Below, one piece after another: positions 26,794 through 36,405 of a stretch of 64,000 bases of DNA (its first letter is position 1; the number at the start of each line of letters is the position of its first letter). The position numbers and the translations under genes are program-made. The notes under the pieces were generated by a model, which saw nothing but the letters and a program-made list of their open reading frames with translations, did not search any database and was not told where the DNA came from. The stretch is from Bifidobacterium breve (GTDB taxonomy: Bacteria > Actinomycetota > Acidimicrobiia > Acidimicrobiales > Ilumatobacteraceae), in assembly GCA_945886445.1 (NCBI GenBank), contig CAMCZG010000004.1, positions 72-64,071 of the forward strand. Reading direction: 5' to 3'.

Positions 26794-28278
26794 ATGAACC
26801 GCATCTCGCATTGGATCAACGGCACTGTCGTTGCAGGTACCTCTGGCACATCCGGAAAAGTTTTTAACCCAGCCACCGGCGAGCAATCGGCTGCTGTCGA
26901 CTTTGCCTCTATTGCAGAAGTCGATGCCGCGGTTGCAAGCGCTGCTGCAGCATTTCCCGCTTGGCGCGCCACCAACTTGTCGCGTCGTGCAGAAGTGATG
27001 TTCCGCATGCGTGAACTGGTCGATGCAAACCGCAAAGAACTCGCCGCCATGTTGAGTGCCGAGCACGGAAAAGTTCTGTCCGATGCATTGGGTGAAGTAG
27101 CTCGCGGTCTGGAAAATATTGAATACGCCTGTGGTATTCCCAACCTTTTAAAGGGCGGCTACAGCGAGCAAGCTTCTGCCGGAGTAGACGTGTACAACAT
27201 TCGTCAACCTCTCGGCGTTGTTGCCGGCATCACACCATTCAACTTTCCTGCAATGGTGCCCATGTGGATGTTTGCCAATGCCCTTGGTTGCGGTAATACA
27301 TTTATTTTGAAGCCAAGCGAAAAAGACCCATCGGTCGCCATGTTTATTGCCGAACTGTTGAAGCAGGCTGGCCTTCCCGACGGGTGCTTCAACGTCATTC
27401 ATGGCGACAAAGTGGCAGTTGACCGCTTACTTGAGCACAAAGACATTGCGGCAATTTCATTCGTGGGTTCCACACCAATTGCGAAATACATTTATGAAAC
27501 CGGCACACGAAACGGCAAGCGGGTACAAGCACTCGGTGGCGCTAAAAACCATATGCTCGTTCTTCCCGATGCCGATCTCAACATGGCTGCCGATGCTGCA
27601 GTAAGTGCTGCTTATGGTTCTGCTGGCGAACGTTGCATGGCTATTTCTGTGCTGCTTGCACACGACTCCATTGCCGATGCGCTCATTTCCAAAATTGAAG
27701 AACGCATTCCCAACATCAAAGTGGGCGCCGGCAATGACCCCACAAGCGAAATGGGCCCGCTCATTACCGGCGAGCACCGCGACAAAGTAGCTACCTACAT
27801 TGCCGGCGCTACCAAAGAAGGCGCAACGCTCGTGGTTGATGGTCGTACCGATGTTCCTGCTCAGGGTTTCTACTTAAAGCCAAGTCTCATCGACAATGTT
27901 GCACCCGGCATGAAATGCTACGACGACGAAATTTTCGGCCCCGTGTTGTCGGTTGTTCGCGTGAAGAGTTACGACGAAGGTGTTGAACTCATCAACAACA
28001 ACGTCTATGGCAATGGCACGGCAATTTTCACTCGTGACGGTGGTGCTGCCCGTCAGTTCCAGTTCGATATCAACGTGGGCATGGTGGGCATCAACGTGCC
28101 GGTGCCTGTACCTGTGTCGTACTACTCATTTGGCGGTTGGAAGTCGAGCCTCTTTGGCGACCAACACATGTACGGCCCAGAAGGCATTAACTTCTACACC
28201 CGTTCCAAAGTTGTTACCTCGCGTTGGCCAGACCCGCGCACGTCAACTGTTGATCTTGGGTTCCCGCAGAATCGTTAA
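26794..28278 (+). CDS. mmsA: CoA-acylating (methyl)malonate-semialdehyde dehydrogenase
   Basis: ALDH fold with the N-terminus ISHWINGTVVAGTSGTSGKVFNPATGE, the catalytic Cys in GSAGERCMA, and no catalytic-Glu ELGG-type motif, as in MmsA. Confidence 0.88.
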   Translation: MNRISHWINGTVVAGTSGTSGKVFNPATGEQSAAVDFASIAEVDAAVASAAAAFPAWRATNLSRRAEVMFRMRELVDANRKELAAMLSAEHGKVLSDALGEVARGLENIEYACGIPNLLKGGYSEQASAGVDVYNIRQPLGVVAGITPFNFPAMVPMWMFANALGCGNTFILKPSEKDPSVAMFIAELLKQAGLPDGCFNVIHGDKVAVDRLLEHKDIAAISFVGSTPIAKYIYETGTRNGKRVQALGGAKNHMLVLPDADLNMAADAAVSAAYGSAGERCMAISVLLAHDSIADALISKIEERIPNIKVGAGNDPTSEMGPLITGEHRDKVATYIAGATKEGATLVVDGRTDVPAQGFYLKPSLIDNVAPGMKCYDDEIFGPVLSVVRVKSYDEGVELINNNVYGNGTAIFTRDGGAARQFQFDINVGMVGINVPVPVPVSYYSFGGWKSSLFGDQHMYGPEGINFYTRSKVVTSRWPDPRTSTVDLGFPQNR

Positions 28279-28285
28279 GACCTAA

Positions 28286-29641
28286 TTATTTGCCAGTGTA
28301 AAACGCATCGGCAACATCAAGTGCCTCATCAATAATGGCTAGGCCATCACGCAATTCCTGATCGGTAATGACCAGTGGTGGAACCACGTGCAAACGATTG
28401 AAGTGGGTAAATGGCCACAGGTTCTTTGCCTTGCACGCTGCTCCTAAATCGGCCATCGGTTGTGCGGCAGGGCCAGATGCATTAAACGGAACAAGCGGCT
28501 CACGCGTTTCACGATCGCGCACAAGTTCAATTGCCCAAAACACGCCCAAGCCGCGAACGTCTCCCACACTTGGGTGTTTCGCTTTTAATTTCTCAAGTTC
28601 TGACCCAATGATGTCTGCACCCAAGTGCCGGGCATGCTCCACTATTTTTTCTTCTTTGAAAATATTGATGGAAGCAACGGCCGATGCACATGCAAGCGGG
28701 TGACCACTGTACGTCAGACCACCGGGGTATGGCTTTTGGCGGAACGTTTCCGAAATACGATCGGAAATAATGACTCCGCCCAAAGGCAAGTAACCCGAGT
28801 TCACACCTTTCGCAAAACAAATGAGGTCGGGGGCAACATTCCAATGGTCAACGGCGAACCATTCGCCACAGCGACCAAAGCCCGACATCACTTCATCACA
28901 AATCATCACGATGCCAGTGCGATCACAAATGTCGCGAACGCCCTGCAAGTAGCCAGGTGGTGGCACCAAAATACCGTTGGTGCCTACAACGCTCTCTAAA
29001 ACAATGGCAGCAATGTTGTTTGCACCTTCCACCATAATGACGTCTTCAAGATGCTGAAGCGCGCGCTCGCTTTCTTCAATGTCGCTTTGCGAATAGAACT
29101 GCGAGCGATATGGGTACGGACCCCAGAATTTAATAATGCCTGTGGTTGATGGCTCACTTCCCCAACGTCGTGGGTCGCCCGTCATTTGAATTGCTGCAGC
29201 AGTTCCGCCGTGGTAACTGCGATACGTAGAGAGCACTTTGTGGCGGCCCGTGTGAACTCGCGCCATACGCATTGCATTTTCTGTTGCCTCTGCCCCACCG
29301 TTCGTGAAAAACACCATGTTCAAATCGCCAGGTGCTAGCTCACAAATGAGTCGCGCTGCTTCGCTGCGTGCATCGTTGGCATGTATTGGCGAAATGGTGC
29401 ACAAGCGGTCTGCATATTCTTTAATAGCCGCAATGAGTTTCGGATGCTGGTGACCAATATTGACATTCACGAGTTGGCTAGAGAAGTCGAGGTACTTGCG
29501 GCCAGTTTCGTCCCAAAACCATGAACCTTCACCACCCGTAATAACCAAAGGGTTCAATGTGCTTTGCGCCGACCACGAGTGAAAGACGTGCTTACGGTCG
29601 TTAGCAAAAGCCTGCGATGGGTTGGTGTCGAGAATGGCCAT
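28286..29641 (-). CDS. Class III (omega) aminotransferase, beta-alanine/amine:pyruvate type
   Basis: Contains DEVMSGFGRCGEWFA and the PLP-Lys region LICFAKGVNSGYLPLGG. 451 aa. Confidence 0.88.
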   Translation of the reverse strand: MAILDTNPSQAFANDRKHVFHSWSAQSTLNPLVITGGEGSWFWDETGRKYLDFSSQLVNVNIGHQHPKLIAAIKEYADRLCTISPIHANDARSEAARLICELAPGDLNMVFFTNGGAEATENAMRMARVHTGRHKVLSTYRSYHGGTAAAIQMTGDPRRWGSEPSTTGIIKFWGPYPYRSQFYSQSDIEESERALQHLEDVIMVEGANNIAAIVLESVVGTNGILVPPPGYLQGVRDICDRTGIVMICDEVMSGFGRCGEWFAVDHWNVAPDLICFAKGVNSGYLPLGGVIISDRISETFRQKPYPGGLTYSGHPLACASAVASINIFKEEKIVEHARHLGADIIGSELEKLKAKHPSVGDVRGLGVFWAIELVRDRETREPLVPFNASGPAAQPMADLGAACKAKNLWPFTHFNRLHVVPPLVITDQELRDGLAIIDEALDVADAFYTGK

Positions 29642-29650
29642 GTGAAAAGA

Positions 29651-31348
29651 CTAGAACAGCCCGACGACATTGCCCTCGTCGTCAAGATCAATACTTTCCG
29701 CAGCGGGCGCTGAACCAAGACCCGGCATTGTGCTCATATCGCCGCAGATGGGGTACACAAAGCCTGCCCCCACCGAGGCGCGCACTTCACGCACACGCAA
29801 AATATGACCAGTCGGTGCCCCTTTGAGCGTGGGGTCTGCCGAAATGCTGAGGTGTGTTTTGGCAATACACACAGGCAAATTGCCCATCCCCAGACGTTCA
29901 TATCTATCAAGTTGCTCACTAGCCAATTCGGAATATTCCACACCGGCCGCGCCGTAAATAGTGTGTGCAACCTTTTCAATTTTTTCGCGCAAAGAAAATG
30001 AGTCGGGGTACAACATAGAAAAGGTTGTGGGTTCATTGCACGCTTCTACTACTGCATGTGCAAGTTCAATTGCACCTTCCCCGCCATCTGCAAAATGCGT
30101 ACATACAGCAACTCGCGCACCCATCTCTTGAGCAATTTGGCGAATGACTTCATGCTCGCTGTCGTGGTCGGTAGGGAATGCATTAATTGCAACTACAGGT
30201 GACACACCATGTACCTGAACATTTTCAATTTGCTTGCGTAAATTTGCTGCACCCGCCAAAACATGTTCTGGGTTTTCTTCTAAGAGTTCTGGCGGCAATG
30301 GTTTGCCAGCAACAATTTTGTACTCACCACTGTGTGCTTTTAGTGCGCGCACAGTTGCAACAAGTACCGCCGCATCGGGCTTCAAGCCCGACACTCTGCA
30401 CTTGATGTTGAAGAAACGTTCGGCACCCATGTCGGCACCGAAACCTGCTTCGGTAATCACGTAATCGGCCATGCGCATTGCCATGAGGTCACCCATTACT
30501 GAAGAGTTGCCGGTGGCAATATTTCCAAACGGCCCAGTGTGCACAATGACCGGTGTATTTTCTAGGGTCTGCATGAGGTTTGGCTGCAGTGCATCTTTCA
30601 AAATCACAGCCATTGCTCCAGCAGCGCGCAATTGTTCAGCAGTTACTGCTTCACCATTTGTGGTGTACCCCACCACAATGCGACCCAATCGCTGACGCAT
30701 ATTCTTCAGCGATGTAGACAAACCCAGCAGTGCCATCACTTCTGATGCAGCAGTAATGTCGAAGCCCGTATCGCGAGTTACGCCATCCATTTTTCCGCCA
30801 CGGCCAATTGAAATGGAACGCAATGAACGATCATTCACATCGAGCGCACGACGCCATGTGATGTTGTCGGGGTCTAGACCCAGTTCGTTTCCACGAAAGA
30901 GATGATTATCGAGCATCGCGGAAAGTAAGTTGTGCGCCGCTGTGACTGCATGAAAATCGCCCGTGAGATGCAGGTTCAAGTTTTCCATGGGTACTACTTG
31001 GCTATACCCGCCACCAGCAGCTCCGCCTTTAATGCCGAAGGTCGGCCCCATTGAGGGCTGGCGCAAAGTGAGCACCGCCTTTTCACCAATCTTTCCCATT
31101 GCTTGACCAAGACCCACCGACGTAGTGGTTTTCCCTTCGCCCAATGGCGTTGGTGTTATAGCTGTGACCACCACATATTTACCCTGAGGACGGCTCTGAA
31201 GCGCCTCTAAGGCAGCAAGTTTGATCTTTGCAACTCCGGGGCCATAAGGCTCTAGGAACTCATGGGGCAAGTTCAGTTGGCTTGCAATATCGCTGAGCGG
31301 GGCCAGTTTCGCCGCGCGTGCAATACCGATGTCTGAGGGAAACGACAC
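29651..31348 (-). CDS. fhs: Formate--tetrahydrofolate ligase
   Basis: Contains TAITPTPLGEGKTTTSVGL (P-loop). 565 aa with a family-typical C-terminus. Confidence 0.97.
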   Translation of the reverse strand: MSFPSDIGIARAAKLAPLSDIASQLNLPHEFLEPYGPGVAKIKLAALEALQSRPQGKYVVVTAITPTPLGEGKTTTSVGLGQAMGKIGEKAVLTLRQPSMGPTFGIKGGAAGGGYSQVVPMENLNLHLTGDFHAVTAAHNLLSAMLDNHLFRGNELGLDPDNITWRRALDVNDRSLRSISIGRGGKMDGVTRDTGFDITAASEVMALLGLSTSLKNMRQRLGRIVVGYTTNGEAVTAEQLRAAGAMAVILKDALQPNLMQTLENTPVIVHTGPFGNIATGNSSVMGDLMAMRMADYVITEAGFGADMGAERFFNIKCRVSGLKPDAAVLVATVRALKAHSGEYKIVAGKPLPPELLEENPEHVLAGAANLRKQIENVQVHGVSPVVAINAFPTDHDSEHEVIRQIAQEMGARVAVCTHFADGGEGAIELAHAVVEACNEPTTFSMLYPDSFSLREKIEKVAHTIYGAAGVEYSELASEQLDRYERLGMGNLPVCIAKTHLSISADPTLKGAPTGHILRVREVRASVGAGFVYPICGDMSTMPGLGSAPAAESIDLDDEGNVVGLF

Positions 31349-31353
31349 GGGTT

Positions 31354-32070
31354 TTAGTGGCCACCCAGGTACGCCGTGCGTACAGCTGGGTCGTTCAGTA
31401 GATCGCCACCCAGACCAGTTTTCACTACATGGCCGGTTTCCAACACATAACCACGATGCGCGCGACGCAAAGCCTGCGATGCATTTTGCTCGACAAGAAG
31501 CACAGTTGTTCCTTGCTTATTAATTTCGGTGATGATGTTAAAAATTTGTGCAATAAGTTTTGGTGCAAGACCCATTGAAGGTTCATCGAGCAACAACAAC
31601 CGCGGGCGGCTCATGAGCGCACGACCAATGGCAAGCATTTGCTGCTCGCCACCAGAAAGTGTTCCGCCTAATTGCGTGATGCGTTCTTCCAAGCGCGGGA
31701 AGAGCTCCAACACGCGGGCGAAGTCGGCGTCTCTAGCACTCGATTTATGATCTTTGCGCGTGTAGGTGCCCATGTCGAGATTCTCTCGAACAGTCATGCC
31801 CGGGAAAATACCGCGACCTTCGGGTGACTGACAAATACCCAACTTCACTCGCTCGTGTGAAGGCATGAACGTAATGTCTTTGCCTTCAAAAATAACGCTG
31901 CCACCCACTACTTTGCGCAGGCCCGAGATGGTACGCATGGTTGTGGTTTTACCAGCACCATTTGCACCAACGAGGGTAACAATTTCGCCTTCATTCACGT
32001 TGAAAGAAATACCTTTCAACGCTTCAATTTTGCCGTAGGCAACGCGTAGATCTTGCACCTCAAGCATCAT
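31354..32070 (-). CDS. livF: Branched-chain amino acid ABC transporter ATP-binding protein (LivF type)
   Basis: Contains Walker A GANGAGKTT, the signature LSGGEQQML and Walker B LLLLDEP. Confidence 0.9.
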   Translation of the reverse strand: MMLEVQDLRVAYGKIEALKGISFNVNEGEIVTLVGANGAGKTTTMRTISGLRKVVGGSVIFEGKDITFMPSHERVKLGICQSPEGRGIFPGMTVRENLDMGTYTRKDHKSSARDADFARVLELFPRLEERITQLGGTLSGGEQQMLAIGRALMSRPRLLLLDEPSMGLAPKLIAQIFNIITEINKQGTTVLLVEQNASQALRRAHRGYVLETGHVVKTGLGGDLLNDPAVRTAYLGGH

Positions 32071-32836
32071 CGTCGGGCACTCCTAAATATGCGGCAACCA
32101 CTGCAGGGTTGTCTTGCACTTCGTTTGGTGTGCCAGTAGCAATAACTCTGCCAAAGTCGAGCACAACAATGCGGTCGGTTACTCCCATGACCAAACTCAT
32201 GTCGTGTTCAATGAGCAGCACCGTGTACCCCTGGTCACGAATTTTGCGAATGAGTTCCATCAACTCAATTTTTTCTGCAGGGGTAAAGCCAGCAGCAGGC
32301 TCGTCGAGGCACAAGAGCTGTGGTTTTGTAGCGAGTGCGCGAGCAATTTCGAGGCGACGTTGGTAACCGTAAGGCAAGTTACGCGCCGCATCGCCAGCAC
32401 GGTCGGCAATGCCCATAAAGGTGAGCAACTCCATTGCCGTGTTGCGACCTTCTGCTTCTTCGCGATGATGACGAGGCAAACCAAGAAGTGCCCCACCCAC
32501 GCTGGTGCGATGATTGGCGTCGGCGCCCACCATGACATTTTCAATTGCGGTCATGTCGGGGAACAAGCGAATGTTTTGAAATGTACGTGCAATGCCACGT
32601 TTGGTAATTTGAAAACGCTTGAAGCCAGCTAGCGATGTGCCATCGAATAGCACTGCGCCACTGGTTGCCGTATACACGCCCGTCATGACGTTAAAGCAGG
32701 TTGTTTTTCCTGCCCCGTTCGGCCCAATGAGACCAAGAATTTCACCGCGACGAATAGCAAAGGTGACATCGTCGAGCGCAGTAACGCCGCCGAATTGCAT
32801 AGTGACATGATCGAGTTCTAAAAGATTGTCGCTCAT
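32060..32836 (-). CDS. livG: Branched-chain amino acid ABC transporter ATP-binding protein (LivG type)
   Basis: Contains GPNGAGKTT, LPYGYQRRLEIARAL and LLCLDEPAAG. ATG 32836 (MSDNLLELDHV) lies 2 nt after the livM stop. The track start is 32893. Confidence 0.9.
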   Translation of the reverse strand: MSDNLLELDHVTMQFGGVTALDDVTFAIRRGEILGLIGPNGAGKTTCFNVMTGVYTATSGAVLFDGTSLAGFKRFQITKRGIARTFQNIRLFPDMTAIENVMVGADANHRTSVGGALLGLPRHHREEAEGRNTAMELLTFMGIADRAGDAARNLPYGYQRRLEIARALATKPQLLCLDEPAAGFTPAEKIELMELIRKIRDQGYTVLLIEHDMSLVMGVTDRIVVLDFGRVIATGTPNEVQDNPAVVAAYLGVPDDDA

Positions 32837-32838
32837 GG

Positions 32839-33942
32839 TCACTCTTTGTGCCCAAGCGCAGTTTCCGTAGACGGTTTCCACGATTCCAGCCACCGCTCTT
32901 TACGAATCTTGCGCGGAATGAGACCCTGTGGGCGAAAAACCATCACTAACACCAGTGCCACACCAAACACAAACACGCGCTTGTCGGCAAAACCACGGAA
33001 GCGTTCTGGCATCCATGCCACCAATGCACCACCTACAACTGCACCCCACATGTTTCCTGCTCCACCAAGCACTACTGCTGCGAGGAAGAGAATGGATAAC
33101 TGCAACGGGAAGTTGCTCGGGTTAATGAATTGCACCTTGCCGGCGTACAAAGAACCTGCAAGACCGCCAATTGCAGCACCAATGGCAAAGGCCCACAGTT
33201 TGAATTTGAAAGTGTCGACACCCATGAGTTCTGCCGCATCTTCGTCTTCGCGAATGGCGTTCCACGAGCGACCCACGCGACTATTTTCCAAACGACGCAA
33301 CAAGAAAATCACAATCAAAATAGTGGTCAGACCTAAAAAGAAATATGGCTTCGCGTCGAGCACAGTAAACTTCAATGGGCCAATACTTGGAGGCGTAGCG
33401 ATCTTGCTAATGCCGCGGCTATCGCCAAGCCAATGCATGTTGTTTGCAGTAATGCGAATAATTTCGCCGAATCCAAGCGTGACGATGGCCAAATAGTCGC
33501 CACGTAGACGCAATGTTGGTGTTCCTAAAATGACGCCTGCAAGCATCGATACCAAAACGGCAATAGGCATGCACAATAGCCACGGCAAGTTGGCATGTTG
33601 GCTCGACAAAATGGCAACTGTGTATGCACCAACGGCATAAAAACCTACATAGCCAAGGTCGAGGAGCCCGGCAAGGCCCACCACAACGTTTAAGCCCAAC
33701 GCCACCAAAACGAAAATCACTACCTGGTCGGTGAGCACGCTCGGGAAACTTGTTCCAGGCGTTTCAACAATCCAACCGAGTACTGGCACATTTGGCCACC
33801 ACGGCAAGAGATACAACGCAAGAATACAAATAGCACCAAACGACCAGCGCACCGAGCGCGACTGTTTACCCAAAGCCTCACCTAGACGCGAAACAGAACG
33901 TGCACCAGAGGTAACGCTCCTCAATGATTCAGACAAACTCAT
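32839..33942 (-). CDS. livM: Branched-chain amino acid ABC transporter permease (LivM type)
   Basis: Polytopic protein with family-typical GYVGFYAVGAY and LGFGEI motifs. An ATGA-type overlap links it to livH. Confidence 0.9.
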   Translation of the reverse strand: MSLSESLRSVTSGARSVSRLGEALGKQSRSVRWSFGAICILALYLLPWWPNVPVLGWIVETPGTSFPSVLTDQVVIFVLVALGLNVVVGLAGLLDLGYVGFYAVGAYTVAILSSQHANLPWLLCMPIAVLVSMLAGVILGTPTLRLRGDYLAIVTLGFGEIIRITANNMHWLGDSRGISKIATPPSIGPLKFTVLDAKPYFFLGLTTILIVIFLLRRLENSRVGRSWNAIREDEDAAELMGVDTFKFKLWAFAIGAAIGGLAGSLYAGKVQFINPSNFPLQLSILFLAAVVLGGAGNMWGAVVGGALVAWMPERFRGFADKRVFVFGVALVLVMVFRPQGLIPRKIRKERWLESWKPSTETALGHKE

Positions 33943-35063
33943 ACACGCGCCTTAGCTAACGATTCGCCCAAAAGACCCGTTGGGCGGAACATCAACACCA
34001 CAAGTAACAACACAAAGGCAATGACGTCTTTCCATTGCCCGCCAAAAAGTGCTGAGCCATAGTTTTCCGAAAGACCAAGAACGAGTCCGCCGAGCAATGC
34101 ACCTTTCAGGTTTCCAATGCCACCGAGCACCGCAGCAGTAAAACTCTTCACGCCGAGAAGAAACCCAATATTGAACTTCGACTGGTCGTACACAAGGGTG
34201 AACATCATTGCTGCACCACCGGCCATGACACCACCGAGCAAGAAGGTGATCAAAATAACGAAGTCAACATTGACTCCTAATATTTTTGCCGTTTCGACAT
34301 CTTGAGCAACGGCGCGTACACCACGACCCAAGCGCGTGCGATTCACAAACAACAACAATGCGGTCATCATGAGCAAGGCACCAATGATGACTATGACGTA
34401 GTCAATACGAATGTCAGTTCCGAACAACTTGAAAAGTGTTTTCTTTTCCAATACGCGAGGCGTTTGATATTGCTCACGGTCGCGTGGACCCCAAATAGCA
34501 ACCGCTTCTGTAATTGCAGTAGATGCTCCAATTGCCGAAATGAGAAAAGCTAAGCGTGGGGCCTGACGTCCACGACGGAAAATATTGAGATACATCCATG
34601 CAATTGGCCCCGTGCCAATGATTCCGAAAATAAGATTCGACTTCGGTGTATCGAAAAATATAAGCCCCACAACAAATGCGCTAACGAACGCCAACACCAC
34701 AGCACCGAATTGATCACCAGAGCCACGTAGCGGGCGGTATGCGGCTCGTTCGAGGGCTACTGCACCTGCGCCCGACAAAACCATTGAACCCAGTAGGCAG
34801 GCCAACAAAATAAGAACGAGTTGAAACCCTGTGCGGTACGGATACTGACCCGCTTCCAACATGGGTAGCCCCAACACATTTGTTGCCGTAATGAGCGAGG
34901 CAAATGTGCCAATCATGAAAATTTCTGAGTGGGCAAAGTTAATAAGGCGCAACACGCCGTACACCAGTGTGTACCCCAACGCCACCAGGGCATAGATAGA
35001 ACCAAGCGCCACGCCCGTGACTGTGAGGTCCCAAAATGTTCTGTATATCAGCCAGTCGCGCAT
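33939..35063 (-). CDS. livH: Branched-chain amino acid ABC transporter permease (LivH type) with a ~54-aa two-helix insertion
   Basis: Contains YGVLRLINFAHSE, ERAAYRPLRGS ... PRLAFLISAIGAS and GGIGNLKGA motifs. An extra hydrophobic segment lies between the RPLR and LISAIG motifs. Confidence 0.9.
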   Translation of the reverse strand: MRDWLIYRTFWDLTVTGVALGSIYALVALGYTLVYGVLRLINFAHSEIFMIGTFASLITATNVLGLPMLEAGQYPYRTGFQLVLILLACLLGSMVLSGAGAVALERAAYRPLRGSGDQFGAVVLAFVSAFVVGLIFFDTPKSNLIFGIIGTGPIAWMYLNIFRRGRQAPRLAFLISAIGASTAITEAVAIWGPRDREQYQTPRVLEKKTLFKLFGTDIRIDYVIVIIGALLMMTALLLFVNRTRLGRGVRAVAQDVETAKILGVNVDFVILITFLLGGVMAGGAAMMFTLVYDQSKFNIGFLLGVKSFTAAVLGGIGNLKGALLGGLVLGLSENYGSALFGGQWKDVIAFVLLLVVLMFRPTGLLGESLAKARV

Positions 35064-35121
35064 GTGTCCCCGAGAACGAATATGTTCCCCTGTTGTTTAG
35101 CAGAAAATGCCATATATAAAA

Positions 35122-35153
35122 GAATGGCCGGGAACATTTGTTCCCGGCCATTC
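35122..35153 (-). terminator. Intercistronic hairpin between livJ and livH (possible attenuating terminator / mRNA stabiliser)
   Basis: GAATGGCCGGGAACA / TGTTCCCGGCCATTC are perfectly complementary arms. On the minus strand a T-rich tract (TCTTTTATATATGG) follows. Confidence 0.5.
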
Positions 35154-35186
35154 CAGATTACGTATCTCTCAGAGAGAGAAGAAGTT

Positions 35187-36368
35187 TTACTCGATCAAGC
35201 CGACTACAGAAATGACGCCTGCTTCTACCTTGTAGGCATAAACAGCATTTCCTGCAACTTCACCAGTCTCGTCCCACTTGATCTGCTTGGTTACACCAGC
35301 AGCGTCATAGGTAACGAGGAATTCAAGAACGCCAGCGCGGTCGGTCTTGCCAGCAGCAATTGCGGCAAGGAATGCCTTTGCTGCGTCGTAAGCCTCTGCA
35401 CCGTAGGTCTGTGGTGTTTCGCCAGGGAACTTGGCTGTGTATGCAGCAGCAAATTCAGCGTTTGACGCACCGTCTGCACATGTGCAAGTGATGATGGATC
35501 CATCAGCAGCAGGACCTGCAGCTTCAATGAAACCATTGTCTTTTACGCCGTCACCGAACACGAGTGTTGCGGTCACGCCAGCGTCACGAAGTTGCTTGGC
35601 AAGCTTGCCAGCTTCTGCGTAGTAGCCGCCGTAGAAAATTGCGTCTGGAGCAGCTTCTTTCATCTTGCTCACTGCAGCTGAGAAGTCAGCAGCCTTAGGG
35701 TCGATGGAATCGCTTGCAACAACAGCGTCACCAAGAGTTGTCTTCACAATGTCGGCAAGACCCTTGCCGTATTCTGAAGCGTCGTCAATGATGCCAACTT
35801 TGGCTGCAGCCAATGTCTTTGAAATGTATGAAGCAATGGCTGGGCCTTGCTTGTCGTCACCAGCAAGTGCGCGGTGGAAGACTTTCCAGTTGTTGTCATT
35901 CAAATCTGCATTCGTTGCCGAAGGAGTAATGATGGCAAGACCTGCTGCATCGAACAACGGGTTAGCTGCTTTTGACTCACCTGAGAATGCAGGTCCAACG
36001 ATGCCAAGAATGCCGGCGTCGTCAATTGCTTTCTGAGCAAGTGCTGGAGCTTGTGCTGGGTCACCTTGTGAGTCGAAGTCAACAAGGCCAACTTGGCAAT
36101 CTGGGTTTGCGGTGTTGAATTCACTCACAGCAAGGTCTGCACCAGCGCGAATGTTTTTACCGAGGTTGCCGGCATCGCCTGAAAGCGCACCAAAGAAGGC
36201 AATGGAAACGCCTTCGCAGGTCACGCCGTCAACAACTGCTGCTGCGGTGTCTTCGGTTACTACGGTGTCTTCTGAAACTGAACCTTCACTGTCGCTACCG
36301 CATGCTGCAGTAACGAAGGCAAGGCTCACTGCAATTGCGCTGACGCGCAACAGAGTGGATTTCTTCAT
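35187..36368 (-). CDS. livJ: Branched-chain amino acid ABC transporter substrate-binding lipoprotein (LivJ/K type)
   Basis: Has the lipobox FVTAACGS, a type I periplasmic-binding fold length (393 aa) and the SD GGGGAGAAAATAATG. Confidence 0.88.
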   Translation of the reverse strand: MKKSTLLRVSAIAVSLAFVTAACGSDSEGSVSEDTVVTEDTAAAVVDGVTCEGVSIAFFGALSGDAGNLGKNIRAGADLAVSEFNTANPDCQVGLVDFDSQGDPAQAPALAQKAIDDAGILGIVGPAFSGESKAANPLFDAAGLAIITPSATNADLNDNNWKVFHRALAGDDKQGPAIASYISKTLAAAKVGIIDDASEYGKGLADIVKTTLGDAVVASDSIDPKAADFSAAVSKMKEAAPDAIFYGGYYAEAGKLAKQLRDAGVTATLVFGDGVKDNGFIEAAGPAADGSIITCTCADGASNAEFAAAYTAKFPGETPQTYGAEAYDAAKAFLAAIAAGKTDRAGVLEFLVTYDAAGVTKQIKWDETGEVAGNAVYAYKVEAGVISVVGLIE

Positions 36369-36389
36369 TATTTTCTCCCCTTGTTCTAT

Positions 36390-36405
36390 GAGTCAACAAT
36401 GACTC
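36390..36405. promoter_or_regulatory. Palindrome GAGTCA-ACAA-TGACTC just upstream of the livJ ribosome-binding site (candidate operator)
   Basis: Perfect 6-bp arms, 22-37 nt upstream of the livJ ATG. No known regulator consensus is assigned. Confidence 0.2.
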
